This document shows positions 38,703 through 49,162 of a stretch of DNA of 64,000 nt, piece after piece. The notes under the pieces were generated by a model that saw nothing but the letters and a program-made list of their open reading frames with translations, was not told where the DNA came from and ran no database searches. The position numbers and the translations under genes were made by a program. This DNA is from Candidatus Undinarchaeales archaeon (GTDB lineage: Archaea; SpSt-1190; JASMDC01): NCBI GenBank assembly GCA_030753015.1, contig JASMDC010000001.1, forward strand, positions 1 to 64,000, read 5' to 3'. Position 1 is the stretch's first letter. Each line of letters starts with the position of its first letter.

Positions 38703-40220
38703 ATGGACGAGATAGGTACCGTGATCTCTTCGCTGGAAGGGCCATCCCCCACTCGGTTCTCGTTCGTGGTACGGGAGGGCAGCGAGCCCATGCCCGTACG
38801 CAAGGACCAGTTCGTCAAGGTCGATTGTGAGGAGGGAACCCTCATCGCACGGGTCGTGGACCTGCGCAAGACGAACCGCTACTTCGCCAGGGCCGAGTCA
38901 GTCAAAGAGTACGAGCGCGGCGGTTCCACGCTGAGCGCCCTTTTCCCCACCGACCGGTGGGAGTTCCTGGTCGGCGACGCCGTCCCACTGGGTGTGCTCC
39001 GCGAAGGTGTCCAGCGCCCGTCGTTCCCCCCGTCGCCAGGCAGTAAGGTGACCTTGGCCGACAGCGAGACCCTGCGGACCTTTCTGGGCATCGAGACCGA
39101 CGGGATCCATATTGGGAGTGTGGCCCATCACGACCTGGACGCGCGGCTCAACCTCACCCGCCTCTTCCAGAAGCACATTGCCATCCTCGCGCTCTCGGGT
39201 GCTGGGAAATCCTATCTCACGACCGTGCTCATGGAGGAGCTGCTGTCGCGGCCCGCGGGCAAGGGCCGCGTAGCACTTGTGGTGCTCGACAGCCACGGGG
39301 AGTATACTTCCCTGGGCCAAGCAGACGATCCGGTGGGAGCTGGCAAGGTCACGGTGGTCGGCGGGGACGACTACCGCATCGCCGTGCCCAAGCTATCCGC
39401 CTTCGGCATCGCAGAGTACATCCCCAGGATGTCGTCCGCCCAGCGGCGGGAACTGTCGCGGGTCATCGCACGGGCGCGGGAGGAGAAGCGTGGCAAGTAC
39501 GACCTGGCCGACCTAATCGAGCTGGTGAGGACCGACGAGACCATCCACGAGAACATCGTGCCCGCACTCGTCGGCTGGCTCAACGACCTGAACGCCACCG
39601 GGCTTTTCGCCAAGAAGGACCGGCCCAGCCTCAAGCGTCTGGTCAAGCCGGGAAAGGCCGTCATCCTAGACCTCTCGCCGCTCACCAACCTTAGGGCCAA
39701 GCAGATCATCGTCACCCACGTATCGCGGACCATCTTCAAGCTCCGGCAGCGGGGCGAAGTGTGCCCCTACGTGCAGGTGGTCGAGGAGGCGCATAACTAC
39801 GTGCCCGAGGGCGAGGCGCGGGAGTGGGCGCTGTCCCGTTCCATTATCCAGAAGATCGCCCGGGAGGGGCGGAAGTTCTACGCCGGCCTCTGCCTCATCA
39901 GCCAACGACCCATCCAGCTATCCACCACTGCTCTCTCCCAGTGCAACACCCACATAATCCTCAGGGTCACCAATCCCTATGACCTCGACCACATCGGCCG
40001 CTCCAGCGAGGGCATCTCACGCGAGGTCCTGAACACCATCTCGAGCCTGCGGGTGGGCGAAGCGCTCGTCGTGGGCGCGGCGGTGAACTACCCGGCCTTC
40101 ATCAAGGTCCGCCGCCGCCGGTCCAGCGAGCCGTCCCACGCGCGGGGGCTGGAGGACGCGGCCAGCGACTACGAGAACGGTGTCGAGATCTCGGAACGCG
40201 ACGTGGACGCGTTCATGTAG
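38703..40220 (+). CDS. herA: HerA helicase/ATPase
   Basis: N-terminal HAS barrel, HIAILALSGAGKS, EEAHN, REGRK, SQRP, LSQCNT. Confidence 0.9.
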   Translation: MDEIGTVISSLEGPSPTRFSFVVREGSEPMPVRKDQFVKVDCEEGTLIARVVDLRKTNRYFARAESVKEYERGGSTLSALFPTDRWEFLVGDAVPLGVLREGVQRPSFPPSPGSKVTLADSETLRTFLGIETDGIHIGSVAHHDLDARLNLTRLFQKHIAILALSGAGKSYLTTVLMEELLSRPAGKGRVALVVLDSHGEYTSLGQADDPVGAGKVTVVGGDDYRIAVPKLSAFGIAEYIPRMSSAQRRELSRVIARAREEKRGKYDLADLIELVRTDETIHENIVPALVGWLNDLNATGLFAKKDRPSLKRLVKPGKAVILDLSPLTNLRAKQIIVTHVSRTIFKLRQRGEVCPYVQVVEEAHNYVPEGEAREWALSRSIIQKIAREGRKFYAGLCLISQRPIQLSTTALSQCNTHIILRVTNPYDLDHIGRSSEGISREVLNTISSLRVGEALVVGAAVNYPAFIKVRRRRSSEPSHARGLEDAASDYENGVEISERDVDAFM

Positions 40221-40224
40221 GGAT

Positions 40225-43200
40225 TCAGTCCCCTCTCCTGACGTGAACGCCCTCTATCCGGACGGGATATGTCGCGCTCACGTTCAATGCATCGATCCCC
40301 TCCGTCATCCATGACCATTGGGTGCTCAGGCGGATGAGATAATCGTTGTATGTATCGGACGGGCCGACGTTGAACGAGAACCGGGACCCCATCGTTCCGT
40401 ACCGCACGATCACGGTCGCAGCATCGTCCGCCCTCGCCCGGATGTGGAGGTAGTTGCCGGACCGTTTATCGATGGCGGGGTCCACGGGCAGCGTGATGCC
40501 CTGCCAATCGACGACCTGCTCCTCGGGATCATCATATAGCGTGGCGATGACATCGGTCCTGTGGGCGGCATCTCGTTCATCGAACGAACCCCAGATGTAC
40601 GGCAGCTCCCTGAGGTCGAACCGCTGGGTGACCGTAGTACCAATATAATGGAACGAGCGTTTCTCGATGATCCGGGCGTCGACGACCTCGAACGTGGTGT
40701 CGGGCGGGACGTCCAGAGTAACGCTCTCGAGCTCACCGATCGTACCATCCTTGGGGAGGGGGACGGATACTTCCGTCCTCCCCTGATCATTGATGGGGAA
40801 GGGCTCGAACTTGCCGACCACGTGAGATGGGTAGCGGTGGTCGAACCTGATCAGTCCGCTGCTCTTCCTGGAGCTCACGTAGGTGAGGTTCAGGGTGCTC
40901 GATGTCCCGCGCTTTGGGCCCAGCTCGCTCGTGTTGAGCCCGTCGAGGTCGACGAAGTCCCACATCCGCAGGCAGTCCTCGCCCGTCCATGGGCATGATG
41001 TGGCACCATCGGTATCGGAAGACGCACTGGGCTCGATGATCTTCCGCGTGATAGGCAGCACGATCACAGCGGGAGTCCTCTCCTGGAACGCCGCGTCATT
41101 GGCGATCCAGAGCTCGTAGAGGTAAACACGTCCTAGGGGACGATAGTTACGATAGATGAACTCGGCGACGCGGTAACTGCGCACCTCGTTCGGAACACCG
41201 TCCACATTATCTCAGTCCATGCCTGACATCATGCACGAGGCGCCGTTCTGCTTGAACACGACGAACGGGAGCTTCCCTGCACCATACGCAGCCTCCAGCT
41301 CGTCCACGACCGAGGTCTGGATCCGTTCCGACGCCTGGGCCAGGTTATTAGGGATCGAGGTGACGATCCTCCTGTCAGCCATCACGTAGAGAAGGGGGGC
41401 GTTTGTGAAGTCGAAGAAGGTCTGCTCGGGGCTGAGGTGATGATCGAAGAACTCGACGAGGCGCCCGTACTGATCGTCATTGTCCCTCAACCTCGTCATG
41501 CCGGGTACCCAGTCATGGAAACGGAAGAGGTCGTCATCGAGCAGGATATCGATCCGCGGGAAGGCACAGATGTAAACGAGCGCCAACAGCACGAAGAACG
41601 CCTTCGCCAGATCGGCTCGTTTGATCTCGAGGTAGAACGGAAGGCACATGGCCAGGAAATAGAAGAAATAGGTACAGTATCCGACCCGGAAGAGAGTGTA
41701 GCGGATTATGGACCTGACGAAGAGGGCCGTGGAGAAGATGCTGAGGTGCAGGAGGGTCAGCTGGCGGGTCGTGAAAGGTGTTCGTTGGAAGAACCCCCTG
41801 ATGATGGCATAGCAGATATACACGACAGAGACCGAGGGGATGAGGAGGTACTGGAAGAGGATGCGCGAGATATGATGCGTCCGTGTGTCGAAGAGGGACT
41901 CCGACGTGAGGGAGCGGGCGCCCACGCTCAGGAAATCCCGATACCGTTCCAGGAGAGCGGACAGAGGGACATCACTGGTCACCAGGACGATGGCCATGTA
42001 CATCGAGGCCGTGGCCGCGAGAGCGAGGAGTAGACCACGTCCCTCGCGGACACATGGTCTTCCGGATCGGCCCGATGCCTCCGGCCGAGGAACACGTAGG
42101 CCCAGACGAGGGCGGACGACCCGAGGGAAGCGACGCACAGGTCCATCCTCCAGAAGAAGAGGAGGAACTGGTACGACCAGAAGAGCACCAGGTGGGGGAA
42201 CCTCCCGGGCCGGAGCAGCCGCGGTAGAAGGAGGATGGGAATGAGGGTGAAAAGGAGTGAGTCGTAATAGTAGGAACCGTGCATGAGGCCGAACGTCCCG
42301 TAGGCCCCCCTGATCATAGGGAGCGTCAGCACGCTGATGAACGCGAAAGTGCTCCCGGCCACGACCGAGAGGACGGCGTAGAGAATGAGCATGGCCGGTA
42401 TCATGAGGAGCCAGTTCCACAGCATGGGCTCGACGAGACGGTATCCGTTGACGAGAGAATAGACGATCTTTGGTACGGCCTCGGTCAGCCCGTGGGTGGG
42501 GAGGATGTCGATGTAGGGAACACTCCCGTAATTGAAGAGCTGGTGGGATGCGAGCATCTCTTGACCGAGGTGGTGGAGGTCGTAGCAGACATAGGACAGG
42601 ACGTGTTCGTGCCTCGCGTAGAGCGTTACTGTGGCTATGATGAGCGGGAGGTAGTACCACTCAACGATCCGGTAGCTCGTCGGACGGGTGAACGGGCGAA
42701 GGAGAGACATCAGGAAGAGGAGAACGCTCATGAGAATGAGGAGCCCGCAGGTCAACAATGCAAGGGTCTGGGGAGGGACCATCGATCTGGATGAGAGCGT
42801 GTACTGGAGCTCGTTCACGAGCGGGACCGATATCGGGATGAGCGCATACGTAATGGAGGAGAGGAGGAGGGCGTCATCGAACCGTGACCTTCCGATGGAA
42901 AGGCCCTGGAGCGCCTCGAAGATGGTGGCATAGAACAGGAAGAAGATACACACCAGGAACGGGTACGCGTACACGTGCCATGAGCTCACGGTGAATGTGC
43001 TGTTCGTCAGGATCCAGTGGACGAAGAAGAGGGGGTAGGGGAAGAGCAGCCCGTAGACGAGGACCTGACGGTCCGGGAACCACGTGTCAATGAAGGTGGC
43101 ATCGCATGTCAGTGCGATCGCCCTGGCGACGATATAGCAGTAGAGGAGGATGAGGTATACGAAGAACAGGCACATGATGTTGAAGAAGAGGACCTCCCCG

Positions 43201-43571
43201 GTCAGCAGGAAGAGGGGGAACATCGTCAGTGCGAAGAGGGATACGTCGAAGAGGAGGGCACGCAGCTCATGACCGAGCGCATTTCGTGGTTCCCGTCGAA
43301 GATGTGTGTTCACGGTCCCGAAGATCAACAGATTCCCGATGATCAGGGCTATTGACGCTCCGATGACAACGAAATAGAGGACGCCACGATAGGGGGCATC
43401 GATCCCCGAGACGACCGTGATCCCGATCGCCCTGTCCGTGAAATCCTTGAGCTCGAGCGATGTCCCGTGGAGGATGCAGTATACAACAGTAAGGCCGAGC
43501 AGGACGCTAAGAAGGTAGTCCTCGCTCTCAAGGCTCAAGCGTCTTCCTTGAATACCCCCCCTCCTTACCAC
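40225..43571 (-). pseudogene. Large polytopic membrane protein interrupted by a frameshift (~42030) and an in-frame TGA (41212-41214)
   Basis: Three ORFs join into one protein: ...VVYSSL / AATASMY... and ...MD*DNVDGVPNEVRSY in the same frame. Confidence 0.65.
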
Positions 43572-43700
43572 ACGTCTTCAACCTTGTGGGAGTGCATCCT
43601 TTTCAAACGTCCGTCCCTCCAAAAGCCACTTTCACCCATCCTCATCGAAGGAGGGTAGTTTTAAATGGGTAGCCGCCCATCGCAGTCCTGGTAGTTAGAA

Positions 43701-44381
43701 TTGGATAGGTCGAACGCCTTCATCGCCTGCGCTCTGCTGGCCCTCGTCGCCAGCGCCGGCTGCATGGAAGGGCTCGACCTCGGAATGGACGTAGCCCTCC
43801 TGCCTCCTGTGACGGGGGTCGGAGGACCGACGCCCACCGTGGTCCCTGGCGGCCCCCGACCGACACCAGTGTCCACACCCCTCCCGTCCGCACGGCCTAC
43901 GCCGCGCCACCGTACCGGCAACGAGGTGAACTACCTCCTGGTCGCCAACTCCTGCCTCGCCTGCGATCTTGAGAAGGCGGACCTCCAGTTCGCGGAGCTG
44001 GAGGGCGCCTTCCTCGCTGGAGCCGTGATGAAGGAGGCGAACCTCATGGGCACGGTGCTCACAAAGGCCGACCTTACCATGGCGGACCTTTCCTGGGCGC
44101 GTGCACCCGGTGTCCGCATGAACAACGCCACCCTCCGGGGTGCGGACCTGTCCGACGCCTTCCTCCACGGGGCGCAGATGGCCATGGCCGACCTTAGGGG
44201 CGCGAACCTCCGGGGCGCCAGTTGCCACGACACTCAGTTCATCGACGCCGATCTCACTGGAGCGGACCTGCGGGGCACCGACCTCTGCCGCGCCCATCTG
44301 GAGGACGCCATCCTGGAGGGGGCTCTCACCAACGAGGAGACTGTGTGCGTCGACTGTATCACGAAGGGTCCATGCTGGTAG
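43701..44381 (+). CDS. Pentapeptide-repeat lipoprotein
   Basis: Lipobox LVASAGC, Pro/Thr linker, A(D/N)Lxx repeats. Confidence 0.85.
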   Translation: MDRSNAFIACALLALVASAGCMEGLDLGMDVALLPPVTGVGGPTPTVVPGGPRPTPVSTPLPSARPTPRHRTGNEVNYLLVANSCLACDLEKADLQFAELEGAFLAGAVMKEANLMGTVLTKADLTMADLSWARAPGVRMNNATLRGADLSDAFLHGAQMAMADLRGANLRGASCHDTQFIDADLTGADLRGTDLCRAHLEDAILEGALTNEETVCVDCITKGPCW

Positions 44382-44427
44382 GAGCGAAGGGGACGGGCGA
44401 ACAGAACGAGAGAGGAAGGACAAAGCA

Positions 44428-45117
44428 ATGGGGGAGGACGGATCTGGTGACGGTGCGCGAACGACCGCTCCCCCCGTCCGCCTCGTCGTGTGGGACCTCG
44501 ACGGCGTGCTCACCGAGGTCCGCAGCATCTGGGACCATCTCTTGCGCACTCTGGGACACGGCGATGCCTGCGACGCCAACAAGGAGTTGTACTTCTCGGG
44601 TAAGATCAACTATCAGCGCTGGGCAGAACTGGACGTGGCCCTCATGCGTGGTACGCCGCGGGAACGGCTGGAGGCGCTCGTCGCCGACATCCCCCTGACC
44701 CCCGGTGCCCGCGAGGCGGTGGCCGCGGTCACCGACGCCGGGGCCGAGAACCTGATAATCTCCTCCGGCCTCAACGTGCTCGCCGAGCGCGTCAGCAGTG
44801 AGCTGAGCGTGCCCTATATCACCAACCGCCTCAATTATCGGGACGGGCTGGTGGACGGCGTCGAGGTTGTGTGTTCCCTCGACAACAAGGGAGAGCTCCT
44901 CACAGCAGCCCTGGACGAGCGGGGCCTGGGGCCGGCCGACTGTGCTGCAGTGGGCGATGCGCGACCCGACATTCCCATGCTCCAGGTGGCTGGCCACCCC
45001 ATCGCCTTCCGTGCCCATGATGAGGAGGTGCTGGCCGTGTGCTCCCAGCGGACCGATGACATGGCCGAGCTCGCGGCCATGCTCTCTCGTCTGTGCTCAG
45101 GAGGTGGGGACGGGTGA
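44428..45117 (+). CDS. HAD-IB phosphatase (phosphoserine phosphatase-like)
   Basis: DLDGVL, ISSG, K, VGDARPD. Confidence 0.85.
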   Translation: MGEDGSGDGARTTAPPVRLVVWDLDGVLTEVRSIWDHLLRTLGHGDACDANKELYFSGKINYQRWAELDVALMRGTPRERLEALVADIPLTPGAREAVAAVTDAGAENLIISSGLNVLAERVSSELSVPYITNRLNYRDGLVDGVEVVCSLDNKGELLTAALDERGLGPADCAAVGDARPDIPMLQVAGHPIAFRAHDEEVLAVCSQRTDDMAELAAMLSRLCSGGGDG

Positions 45118-47585
45118 CGGACGAGGGGACGTCCCAGGGCGGGGACAGCGATCGAAAAGGGATCCGGGACATGGACCTCCGGCAGCTTGTGGGCCTCTTC
45201 CTGATCCTATCGGGCATGCTACTGGCCATGGGCGACTTCCTGGGTCTCCTCACGCCCGAGCTCGACCTGTTCGAGAAGACACTGGCCTACCTCATGCTCG
45301 TCATCCTGTGGTACGAGTTGGACCTGCCCAAGAACGTGTTCGGCCGCGAGGACTGGCGCCTGAACAAGTTCATTCTGCTGGCATTCTACGTGATCGCGTT
45401 CAAGCACGTCATCACCCTGGAACGGTCCACGGACCTTATTCAGATCAGTGGCAGCTGGCGGGCGACTCTCCTGTTCGACTCGCTCATGTTCGGTCAGGTC
45501 ATCCTCAACCTCGTGTGCATGTACATCGCCATCACGTTCACGTTCGACCGGCCCGGTGTGCTCTACTCGGTGGTCCATATAATCCTCACAGCACTCGCCA
45601 ACGTGCGGTCGGTGGAGGTGGACAAGGTCTGGGAGCGTTTCGCCCGTTCCCCGCTGGACCAGCACCTGGACGGGAAGGAGGCGTCCGCTGTCATTGTCCT
45701 GGCGCGTTATCTCCTCTCCTACTACATCCTCCTCGCCTTCTTCCTCATAATCTTCGATCCCATCACCCAGTGGATGATCACATCCGTGGACAAGGCCCTC
45801 TTCCTCATCTCCACGCTCTACTTCCTCCACTTCTCCGAACAGATTTCGGCCTCGGGGTTCGCCAACCAGATCGACGACATGGAGCGATCGTTCATCCTAA
45901 CCATCGCGAAATTGTTCACCACGCCCCACTTGTTCCACCTTGGGTTGTCGGTCATCCTCCTCTCTCGCGGCTTCGCGGACGCGGGCTACTTCCTCATCCC
46001 GTACGTGCTGGGGAGCGAACTCGATCCGTTCTACATGGATGTGCTCTGTGAACCCAGCGGCAGGGGCCTGGGCCCCGCGCAGGAACTGATGTACAAGGAT
46101 GTCTGCCTCGAGCATCACGTGCCTCTCAAGGACCTCCTCCAGTCCGAGATGATCCGCTACCAGGGGGCGGAGCTCTGGTTCACGGTGTTCCTGTACGCCA
46201 TCGGCGTGATCAGTCTGTTCCTCCTCCTCCTCCTCCCCATGGGCATATGGTTGCTCATGATGCTGGACGTGAAGGGCGAGCAGCTCACCCGGCTCAAGTC
46301 GTACGCTCCCCTGATGGGTGTGGCGTGCGCGCTGGTGCTCACCTTCCTCTTCAATCCATGGATTACCCTGCGACGTATCAATCCACAGACGGGCATCATC
46401 GGTGTCGATATGCGTACGCAGCTGATCACCGATGCACCCTCCATTGCCGGGATGGCCATCCCCCTGGACGTCACTAGCCTCCTCATCCTCACCATGGTGC
46501 TCATCCTCGGGTTCCACGCCCTGGCCCGGCATGAAGAGCGTCGCTGGATCGTGTACTTCCTCCTCTTCAGCGTGTCCATGCTCTACATCGCCAACTACAC
46601 CGTGCTCTACGGCTTCTCGGAGATCGAGTCGCACGTGGGGAACGTGGTCAATACACTGAACCCGCGATGGGCGCCCTCGCTCAAGCCGATCACCCGGGTG
46701 ATGCTGACCAAGTTCTTCGCCGACCTGCTGGTCGTGTCCGCTGCCTTCTACCTGGGTGCCCTTCCGCTCTTCCTGTACGGGGCGGGACAGTGGGTCTCCA
46801 AGAACTTCATCGGGGGCGGAGAGGACCGGTTCGTCCTTGTCTGGATAGCGATGGGCATTGCCGGGTACACCGCGATCCTCCGCCTGGCCGCCCCGGGGCT
46901 CTCACAGTTCATGCTGCTCATCGCCTTCCTCTATGTCCTCTCTTTCTGGTCCCTCGGATCCCGGTGCGTGTTCACAGAGAGGTTGGCCCCTGCCATGGAG
47001 GGGTTCGCCGTGTTCCTCATCCTCCTGCTCCTCCACATTCTCGTGTCGGTGCTCACCGGCGAGCTGTTCGGTATCTCCGCTCATATCGGGACATTGCTGG
47101 CGAACCTTGTGGTCATCCAGGCGTCGCTCCCGTACGTGCTCATTGCGGGACGGGAGGGGTACCTGGAACGACCTGCCCTTCTTTTCATCATCGGTGCTCT
47201 TGTGCTCGGCCTGGCGTGGGGGTATGTCGGCGAGGAGCTGAGGGAGCCCACGCTCCCCCTGCCCCGGGGGACGAACCTGGTCGTATGGGTGGTGCTCACG
47301 GCGATCTTCACCGCTATTGCCGAGGAACTATGGTTCCGTGGCGTGCTCCTGCGCTCCCTTGCCAAGGCCTTCCCCTTCGAGCTCGCGTGCGGGATCCAGG
47401 CCCTGCTGTTCGCCACTGCGCACTTTGGAAGGGCCATCTCACCCATGGTGTTCCTCACGCTCGCCCTGTTCGGATACATAGCAGGGATGCTCGTGCAACG
47501 GTCGCGCTCTCTATCGGTCCCGATAGTCTTCCACTTCGCCGCCAACTTCGCCCTATTGGGCCTGCGGCACGGCCTAATCGCTTAG
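45114..47585 (+). CDS. Large polytopic membrane protein with a C-terminal CPBP (CAAX-type) protease domain
   Basis: EELWFRG, FATAH, HFAAN at the C-terminus; many TM segments. Confidence 0.8.
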   Translation: MTDEGTSQGGDSDRKGIRDMDLRQLVGLFLILSGMLLAMGDFLGLLTPELDLFEKTLAYLMLVILWYELDLPKNVFGREDWRLNKFILLAFYVIAFKHVITLERSTDLIQISGSWRATLLFDSLMFGQVILNLVCMYIAITFTFDRPGVLYSVVHIILTALANVRSVEVDKVWERFARSPLDQHLDGKEASAVIVLARYLLSYYILLAFFLIIFDPITQWMITSVDKALFLISTLYFLHFSEQISASGFANQIDDMERSFILTIAKLFTTPHLFHLGLSVILLSRGFADAGYFLIPYVLGSELDPFYMDVLCEPSGRGLGPAQELMYKDVCLEHHVPLKDLLQSEMIRYQGAELWFTVFLYAIGVISLFLLLLLPMGIWLLMMLDVKGEQLTRLKSYAPLMGVACALVLTFLFNPWITLRRINPQTGIIGVDMRTQLITDAPSIAGMAIPLDVTSLLILTMVLILGFHALARHEERRWIVYFLLFSVSMLYIANYTVLYGFSEIESHVGNVVNTLNPRWAPSLKPITRVMLTKFFADLLVVSAAFYLGALPLFLYGAGQWVSKNFIGGGEDRFVLVWIAMGIAGYTAILRLAAPGLSQFMLLIAFLYVLSFWSLGSRCVFTERLAPAMEGFAVFLILLLLHILVSVLTGELFGISAHIGTLLANLVVIQASLPYVLIAGREGYLERPALLFIIGALVLGLAWGYVGEELREPTLPLPRGTNLVVWVVLTAIFTAIAEELWFRGVLLRSLAKAFPFELACGIQALLFATAHFGRAISPMVFLTLALFGYIAGMLVQRSRSLSVPIVFHFAANFALLGLRHGLIA

Positions 47586-48016
47586 GGGTAGGCCGCCGAT
47601 GAGCGCTCGTTCTCCCACAGCCTGACGTTGACGAGGGAGGGGACGTCCTCCACCAGTCTGTCGTGGAGCCATACCGCCAGCTCCTCGCATGTAGTGTTCC
47701 GAACGGGCAGCACTACGACATCCTCCCGCGGGAGCACCAGTGATTTGCATCCCGTGACATGGACCTCGTCCCCCTCGACGGCAACGCTGACCTCGCTGCT
47801 CTTTCCGGGGAGGAGTGTGCGGTGGTCCACCTCGTCCAGTACGGCAGCCGCCGCCGCCCTGATATCGTGGAAGTCTGCCACCATGCCCCGATCGTCCGGT
47901 TCGCCCTCGCACACGATCTCGACGCGGTAGTTATGGCCGTGGAGGCGTCCGCACGTGGGATGGCCTGCCAGGAAGTGGGAGGCCGCGAACCCGAGGCCGG
48001 AGACGGTGATCAGCAT
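47582..48016 (-). CDS. queD: 6-carboxytetrahydropterin synthase / PTPS family
   Basis: FAASHFL, CGRLHGHNY, DF, DH, TTCEELA, WE. Confidence 0.8.
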   Translation of the reverse strand: MLITVSGLGFAASHFLAGHPTCGRLHGHNYRVEIVCEGEPDDRGMVADFHDIRAAAAAVLDEVDHRTLLPGKSSEVSVAVEGDEVHVTGCKSLVLPREDVVVLPVRNTTCEELAVWLHDRLVEDVPSLVNVRLWENERSSAAYP

Positions 48017-48035
48017 GCTCCCGTTCACCCCGCGT

Positions 48036-48052
48036 ACCTTTATCAAGCTTGG
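48036..48052 (+). promoter_or_regulatory. Conserved 17-bp core ACCTTTATCAAGCTTGG
   Basis: Exact copy 16 nt upstream of the GTG start at 48069. Confidence 0.75.
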
Positions 48053-48068
48053 CGTCGCTCCTTTGGAC

Positions 48069-49154
48069 GTGGAGGTCCTCTCCCCACTAACCCGCGCCTT
48101 CGAGGTGGAGCCCCTGGTGGACGCCGGGGCCACGGCCTTCTATGCAGGAGTGCTCACAGCCGACTGGCGCCGGGCCTTCTCCACACTTGTGGCGGGCAAC
48201 CAAGAGCCTGCAGTGGGGGCGAACTTCCCCTCGTTGGAGGAGCTCAAGGAAGCCGTGGAGCGCGCTCACGACCGTAAGGCGCCGGTGACCCTCACCCTCA
48301 ACCTCGACTACTACACCGACCGCCAGCGCGAGCACTTGGGCAAGTTGATGGACTCTGCTGCGGACGCGGGCGTGGACGGTTTCCTCATCGCCGACGTGCC
48401 AACCATGGTCCGTGCCCGGGCCGAACATCCTGACGTGCGCCTTCACGTTAGCACCATCGCTCCCGCGTTCAACAATGCTGCTCTGGAGTTCTACGCGGAC
48501 CTGGGCGCCAGCCGCGTGGTGCTCCCCCAGCAGCTCACTCCCGAGGAGATCGTGGCACTGGCACGCGACACTCCCGTGGAGCTGGAGGTGTTCGTGCTCA
48601 ACAACCGGTGCGTGAACGTCGACGGCTTCTGCACCTTCGTGGACGGCATGGACGAAGCGGTCAGGCCGCTCACGGGGCGTATCGGTTTCGGCCTCCTCAA
48701 CAGCCGATGGGCGCTGCAGGCGGCCCGGTTCGTCCCCAGGCGTGCGCTGCGACACATGCGTCGGCTCCCCGGCCTCCGGCCTGCACCATGCCTGCTCGAC
48801 TACAAGGTGTCGCCTGTGACCGTCGGCAACCTCCCTCTGGAGGGGATGGCCGCGGCCAGGCAGCGGATGGAGGGTCACTTCGGTGGCAAGACCGGTGTCG
48901 ACTGCGGTGCCTGTGTCCTCCGCACGCTCCTCAGGGCAGGTATCACTGCGGTCAAGATCGATGGACGGCCCAACGATATGGCGCGCAAGCTCCGGGACGT
49001 GCGCTTCATCACCGACATGCTCAAGGCCGCGAAGGATGACACTGTCCCGGACAATGCACTATACTCTCGCACACGCCGTACCTTCAACCAGGGGTACAGC
49101 GGGGAATGCACCGACCTCACCTGTTACTACCGTGACTTCCTTCCCGGGCAGTGA
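48069..49154 (+). CDS. U32 family Fe-S protein (UbiU-like), paralog 4
   Basis: EVLSP, CVNVDGFC, DCGAC, KIDGR, SGECTDLTCYY. Confidence 0.85.
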   Translation: MEVLSPLTRAFEVEPLVDAGATAFYAGVLTADWRRAFSTLVAGNQEPAVGANFPSLEELKEAVERAHDRKAPVTLTLNLDYYTDRQREHLGKLMDSAADAGVDGFLIADVPTMVRARAEHPDVRLHVSTIAPAFNNAALEFYADLGASRVVLPQQLTPEEIVALARDTPVELEVFVLNNRCVNVDGFCTFVDGMDEAVRPLTGRIGFGLLNSRWALQAARFVPRRALRHMRRLPGLRPAPCLLDYKVSPVTVGNLPLEGMAAARQRMEGHFGGKTGVDCGACVLRTLLRAGITAVKIDGRPNDMARKLRDVRFITDMLKAAKDDTVPDNALYSRTRRTFNQGYSGECTDLTCYYRDFLPGQ

Positions 49155-49162
49155 CCGAGCAG

